A stretch of 64,000 nucleotides of DNA, taken from Eledone cirrhosa (taxonomy: Eukaryota). Below are positions 59,805 through 64,000 of this stretch, piece after piece. Both the position numbers and the translations under genes were made by a program. The stretch covers positions 155,496,001-155,560,000 of the forward strand of contig OZ024741.1 of NCBI GenBank assembly GCA_964016885.1, read 5' to 3'. The notes below the pieces were generated by a model. The model was not told the DNA's origin and searched no databases. It worked only from the letters and a program-made list of their open reading frames with translations. Numbering within the stretch: position 1 is the stretch's first letter; every line of letters begins with the position of its first letter.

Positions 59805-61794
59805 TTACCTTACTTCTCGTAGGGGAAGGACGGTTTTTCCATCCTTTTCACTGCTTGTGGCCTCCTCAGGAAGGATGTCCTTATAAATCCTCCTGGAGAG
59901 TGCTTGTCGGAAGTCTCCGATGTCTTTGGGGAATTTTTGTTTTAGTGTCATGTACGTTTTCTGTGTGATGCGAGTGATTTGTATGTGTGGAGGTGGTGTG
60001 AATTTTGGGGTTGTTGTGTAGTCTTTTTCTGTGATGCTGGTGTTGTGTTGGATGTAGTGTAATAATTGCTTGTTGTTCAAATTTAATGCTGTGTAGTGTG
60101 TATCGTTTTGGTTGTTTTGTTTTGTTTGCGTTTGTTGTGGGTTTGTTTCTGTTTCGCATTTTGGTGACTTTTGTGGTGTAGGTGATGGTGGTGTTGGAGT
60201 TACTGATGGTGTTGGAGTTACTGATGGTGATGGTGTTGGTGTTTGGGTTGATGGGGTTGGTGATGCTGGTGTGGATGGTGGCATATCTGTCCTAACTTTT
60301 TTGTTTCTTAGTTTATTTGTTTCCCTCTGTATTTTGTTTTTGGAGGGGGAAGGAAGAGAATTTTTTCTTTTTTGGTTTCTTTTTTTTTTTCCGGATATCG
60401 TTTCCCACTCCTCGTCGTCACAATCTGTCTCCAGTTGTGATAGGCCGGGGAGTGGAAAATCCTCCACAGCCGTTAGTTTTGGTTGTGGTGTGGTGGATGG
60501 TGTAGGCGCTGGTGCTAGTTCTGAAGCGTTGGGTGGTGGTGGTGTTGGTTTTGCTGGTGGTGGTAGTGGTGTTGGTTTTGCTACTGTTGCTGGGGTTGTT
60601 GCTGTTATAGTTGCTTCTGTTGTTGCTGCTACAGTTGTTGCTGCCATCTCTGCTACTGGTGGTGTTGATGGTTGTGTCACTGGGGTGGGTAGGAGAGGTG
60701 GCCTCAACCTTTTAGCCTGAGGGCAGAAAGCCCTTAGGTGGGTTCCTTCACCACAAACGACACACCTAGGTCTTCTGCCCTCGACAATTACCGTGAGGTG
60801 GCTGCCGTCAGTGAGGTCTATTACCTCTGGGATCTCCTCAATGCTTTTTTGGTCTGCTTGGATTAGGAGCTCCATCCCAGATCCGGACCAGTTTTCCTGC
60901 TTTTCTTTTGCTATTGCTATTATTTTCGTGTTGGCTTCGATGCCGGCGAGGACAGCCGCTATTAGCCAGGGAATTTCGATGGCCGGTGGAACGTGGGTCA
61001 CCCTGATCTTTACGAGTCTCTGGCCACAATAGCTAGGGACGAGTGTGAAGTCGTCACTTTTTAATGGGGCCATGGAGTGTTCTCTAGCCTCCTCTGGTGT
61101 TTCAAAGAACACATCCACAGTTCCATACTTTTGCCCACGTCTGATGTGGGTTTTTCTTGCCCACACATGTCCCAAAGCTTTTTGGATTTGGGACTCGGAT
61201 GCCCGTTCCACTCGGCGCGATTTTACATTTATTATTCGATACGACACTGTGCATAGGCGCCGATGCTCCATTTTATTAGGTGGGGGGGGGGGGGGGGGTC
61301 AGGCTGACCCTGTACCCATCTTTCTTTACCATTTGTTTGGCATTTTCTAAATCCTCCTGGGTTACTGTAAACGCTTCGAACTGCTGTGCTACCCTGGCGA
61401 AACTGAGGGGGGGGGGGGTTATAATGTCATTGTTGTTGTTGTTGCTATCGTTAATATTAATTTTAGTTTCAGTTGTGGTGGTGGTGACGTCAGTCGTCTT
61501 TGGTGGGGAAGAGTCCATTTTGCTTGATTTCATTTCGACGTCACGAGTTAATTTATTTTTTTCTTCTCTTGTTTCTGTTGTCGCGGTGGTGGTGGTGGTG
61601 GAGGCTTTAACACCTGCAGTCATTGGTAATGGCGGGAAATGAATGTCTGCCTGAGACAAATTTAAAATATTGCTACTGCTTATATTTTTTTTTGTGTTGG
61701 CAAACGTAGTAACATTTACAATGGTGGTGTCGGTGTGAGGTGTTAATTTGTGAGGAAGGCTTTCAGCTGCTTGTTGCAGAGGTGAATTAGCCAA
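59805..61794 (-). CDS. Tx1 ORF1 (gag-like, single CCHC knuckle, Pro/Thr-rich, basic patch), frame break at the C17 run 61282-61298
   Basis: CVVCGEGTHLRAFC; KKKRNQKRK. The two ORF pieces join as RVSLTPPPPPNKMEHRRL, colinear with the unbroken segment in copy A. Confidence 0.85.
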
Positions 61795-62003
61795 TTTTTT
61801 TCAAAGAAATTTTTTGATAATAATAAAAGTTAAAATTTTGGGCACAAGGCCCCAATCTTTTTAGGTGTCCTTTTCGGAAAACAATGTATGTGTGCTTATA
61901 AACAGTTAACAATAAAATTTTCCATAAATGGCAATTTTTAAACAAACGGAAATAACAAACCTTTGCGGAGCTCACGATAATACGATTTCCTACGTAGGTC
62001 GCC

Positions 62004-62038
<35 letters not shown>

Positions 62039-62900
62039 GGGAAGAAGACGCACGAGGTGACGGAGGTCATGAAATCGCTCCCGTAAGTTTTGAATTTTTA
62101 ACATATTTAAATCATTTGTGAAATAACAACTCTTAGTACAAATGCTACGTAAAGCACCCGGCTTGAGCCCCAAAAAATTCGGACCCAAAATATATTGTTA
62201 TAAGGCTCAAATATTCAAATATTCAACTTTGTATTGTACACTGTATATCCAAAAAAGAAAATGGCTATAAATGGAAGAAGAAGAACCCCCCCTCCTCTCC
62301 TCTGGCTACACTATATAGGACAGCTAAACTCACCAACACCAGAAACTAGATACACCACCCACCCCATCATCTGTGTACACTAAACACAACAGCCAGATAA
62401 CGACATTTTCACCTTCACCGCCACCGCTCACTACGGCCATCATTACCACCACTATCCCATCACCGCCGCCACCGCCCCTTGACTCCTTCACTACTGCCAC
62501 CGCTACAGCACCATCACTACAGTAATACGGTCACATCACCGCCACCACTGCCTCGGTATCGACATCACCACCACCACTGTCTCAGTATCGCTACCGCCGC
62601 CAGTCTCCCACTTCCCCCTGCTGGCTGCTACTTCCACATTATAGAATTCCTACTATTAACAAAGAGGAAGGCATCAAAATATATAGATAGACTCAAAAGA
62701 AAAAAGAAAAAACAAACAACAAAACCAAAGCAGCACAGCAACAACAGCAAAAACGAGAAAAACAAACAGAGAAAAACAAAAACAAAAAAAGAAACCCCCA
62801 AAACGTAAAGAAAATAAGAATGAAGAGAGAAGCAGGCGGACGGACAGAGAAGAGGGGGGAAAAAGTAAAACTTAAAAAACAAAAACTAAGTCAGACATTC
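62039..62900 (+). mobile_element. Possible 5' remnant of another L1/Tx1-like element, head-to-head with copy C
   Basis: Begins at the (TAA)n. GCTCCCGTAAGTTTTG resembles the other Tx1 5' UTRs, followed by P/T-rich and K-rich low-complexity coding-like sequence. Confidence 0.35.
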
Positions 62901-62984
62901 GAACACTACATTACAATGAAACTTATGCTTATTCATTTTTGGGGCCCTTTCTGCCTGTGTGTTTGTTTGTTTATGTGTGTTCGT

Positions 62985-64000
62985 ATACAGCGTGGCGATA
63001 ATGCCACACAAGGGCCAAGTGGGATGGCGGATCCACAGATGGCTATGTAACCATACATTCGCCAATCCTCGATAAGAGTGTTTAAATATCGAACATAAAC
63101 AGTTCGAATAACGGTGAAATGGAGACTAGAACGTCATGTGACAGACTCTCACCCAACAGGTGCCCCCTGGCTCAGCAGCAGGAACCTGACTGTCAACCAA
63201 ATACTGCTGATGTTGGAGGAAGAAGAAGAAGGAAAGGGGCCAGAACCAACTGGACGAAAGAATTGAATAGAACTGTTATGCAATGCTACCTGAAAAGTAA
63301 CCCCAAGGAGAGGGGCTACAGGAGACGGATGCATAACATCTGGAACGAGATTGGTTTATTTAAATTAGATGAACAAAAATTGGCCGGGCAGGCTCGGGTA
63401 ATAAGAACTAATGGGTGGATAAGCGAGCTGGAACTGGAGGAACTGAGCAGAGAGAATGGCTTGGAGATGGCGGGTGTAGTATGCCAGACAAGCGAGCCGG
63501 TGGGAAATGAAGGTGAGGAGGTCCTGAGAACGGAGGAACCACCCGAAGCAGACAATGATCTGAATACTGAGATAAATAATACCTGGAACAGAGATACGGC
63601 CACTGAGGAGATGAATGCTGATGGGCTAGGACAAGATTCGGTTGACATCCTAAATTTAGTGGTAGATGAATTGAACAATGATAGTGGGAGACCTATGAAC
63701 CTAAGATTTGTAGACAGGAAAAAAGTTAAAAGAAACAACAGCTAAGGTAAACAAAGTCATCCCATACCTTGAGGCGAGGAGCCTTCACCAGTGCAACAAT
63801 ATCCTCAAAGCAACAGCAAATACGGTGAGGAAACTACTTGGTATAAAAGCGAGAGGAAACAACAGACAAGAAAGAGCAGAGCCGTGGTGGAAGAAGCGAC
63901 TGAGTGGGCAAATCGGGGAAATGAGAAATGACATAGGAAAGCTTGAGTCACTACTGAATGGGACACTAAAAAACATAGGCACTAAAAATAGACTGGAAAT
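62985..64000 (+). mobile_element. 5' part of an R4/Dong-like non-LTR element (runs off the window)
   Basis: WTKELNRTVMQCYLKSNPKERGYRRRMHNIW...KLAGQAR.I and later EPWWKKRL; homologous to the N-terminus at 28612-29244. Confidence 0.8.

Larger units (their letters stand above)
56107..62004 (-). mobile_element. Near-intact full-length L1/Tx1-clade LINE (copy C)
   Basis: Two-ORF structure, AATAAA at the 3' end, (TAA)n on both sides, head-to-tail with copy B. Confidence 0.96.

Noticed and set aside
61998-62004. TGGCGAC at the Tx1 5' end as an LTR-retrotransposon primer-binding site
   Set aside because: No LTRs, integrase or protease; the element is an APE-RT LINE and the match is only 7 nt.

Overview
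This is eukaryotic, repeat-saturated DNA with no recognisable host gene. The MetaSINE-type tRNA SINE and the very high (TA)n/(CA)n/(TATG)n load suggest an octopus or other cephalopod genome (inference). The window is a nested stack of mostly decayed transposable elements: two Penelope-like elements (RT + GIY-YIG), a full-length ~7 kb Helitron with both ends visible, a probable non-autonomous Helitron, an internally deleted mariner, RTE LINEs with C2H2 zinc-finger tails, R4/Dong-like and CRE-like RLE elements, and at least four L1/Tx1-clade copies in or beside (TAA)n microsatellites. The main signal absent from the ORF track is a dense set of type I hammerhead ribozymes, found by reading both strands and folding by eye. 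There are about 9 sequence-distinct families and about 15 complete or near-complete copies. They lie in Penelope pseudo-LTRs and in small non-coding fold-back elements, and include a ~100-bp inverted-repeat-bounded ribozyme element and a family with a conserved non-canonical U4A core. Also notable are a perfect splice-donor motif overlapping the Tx1 ORF1 stop codon and a shared +1 frame break in Tx1 ORF1. No search or folding program was run.
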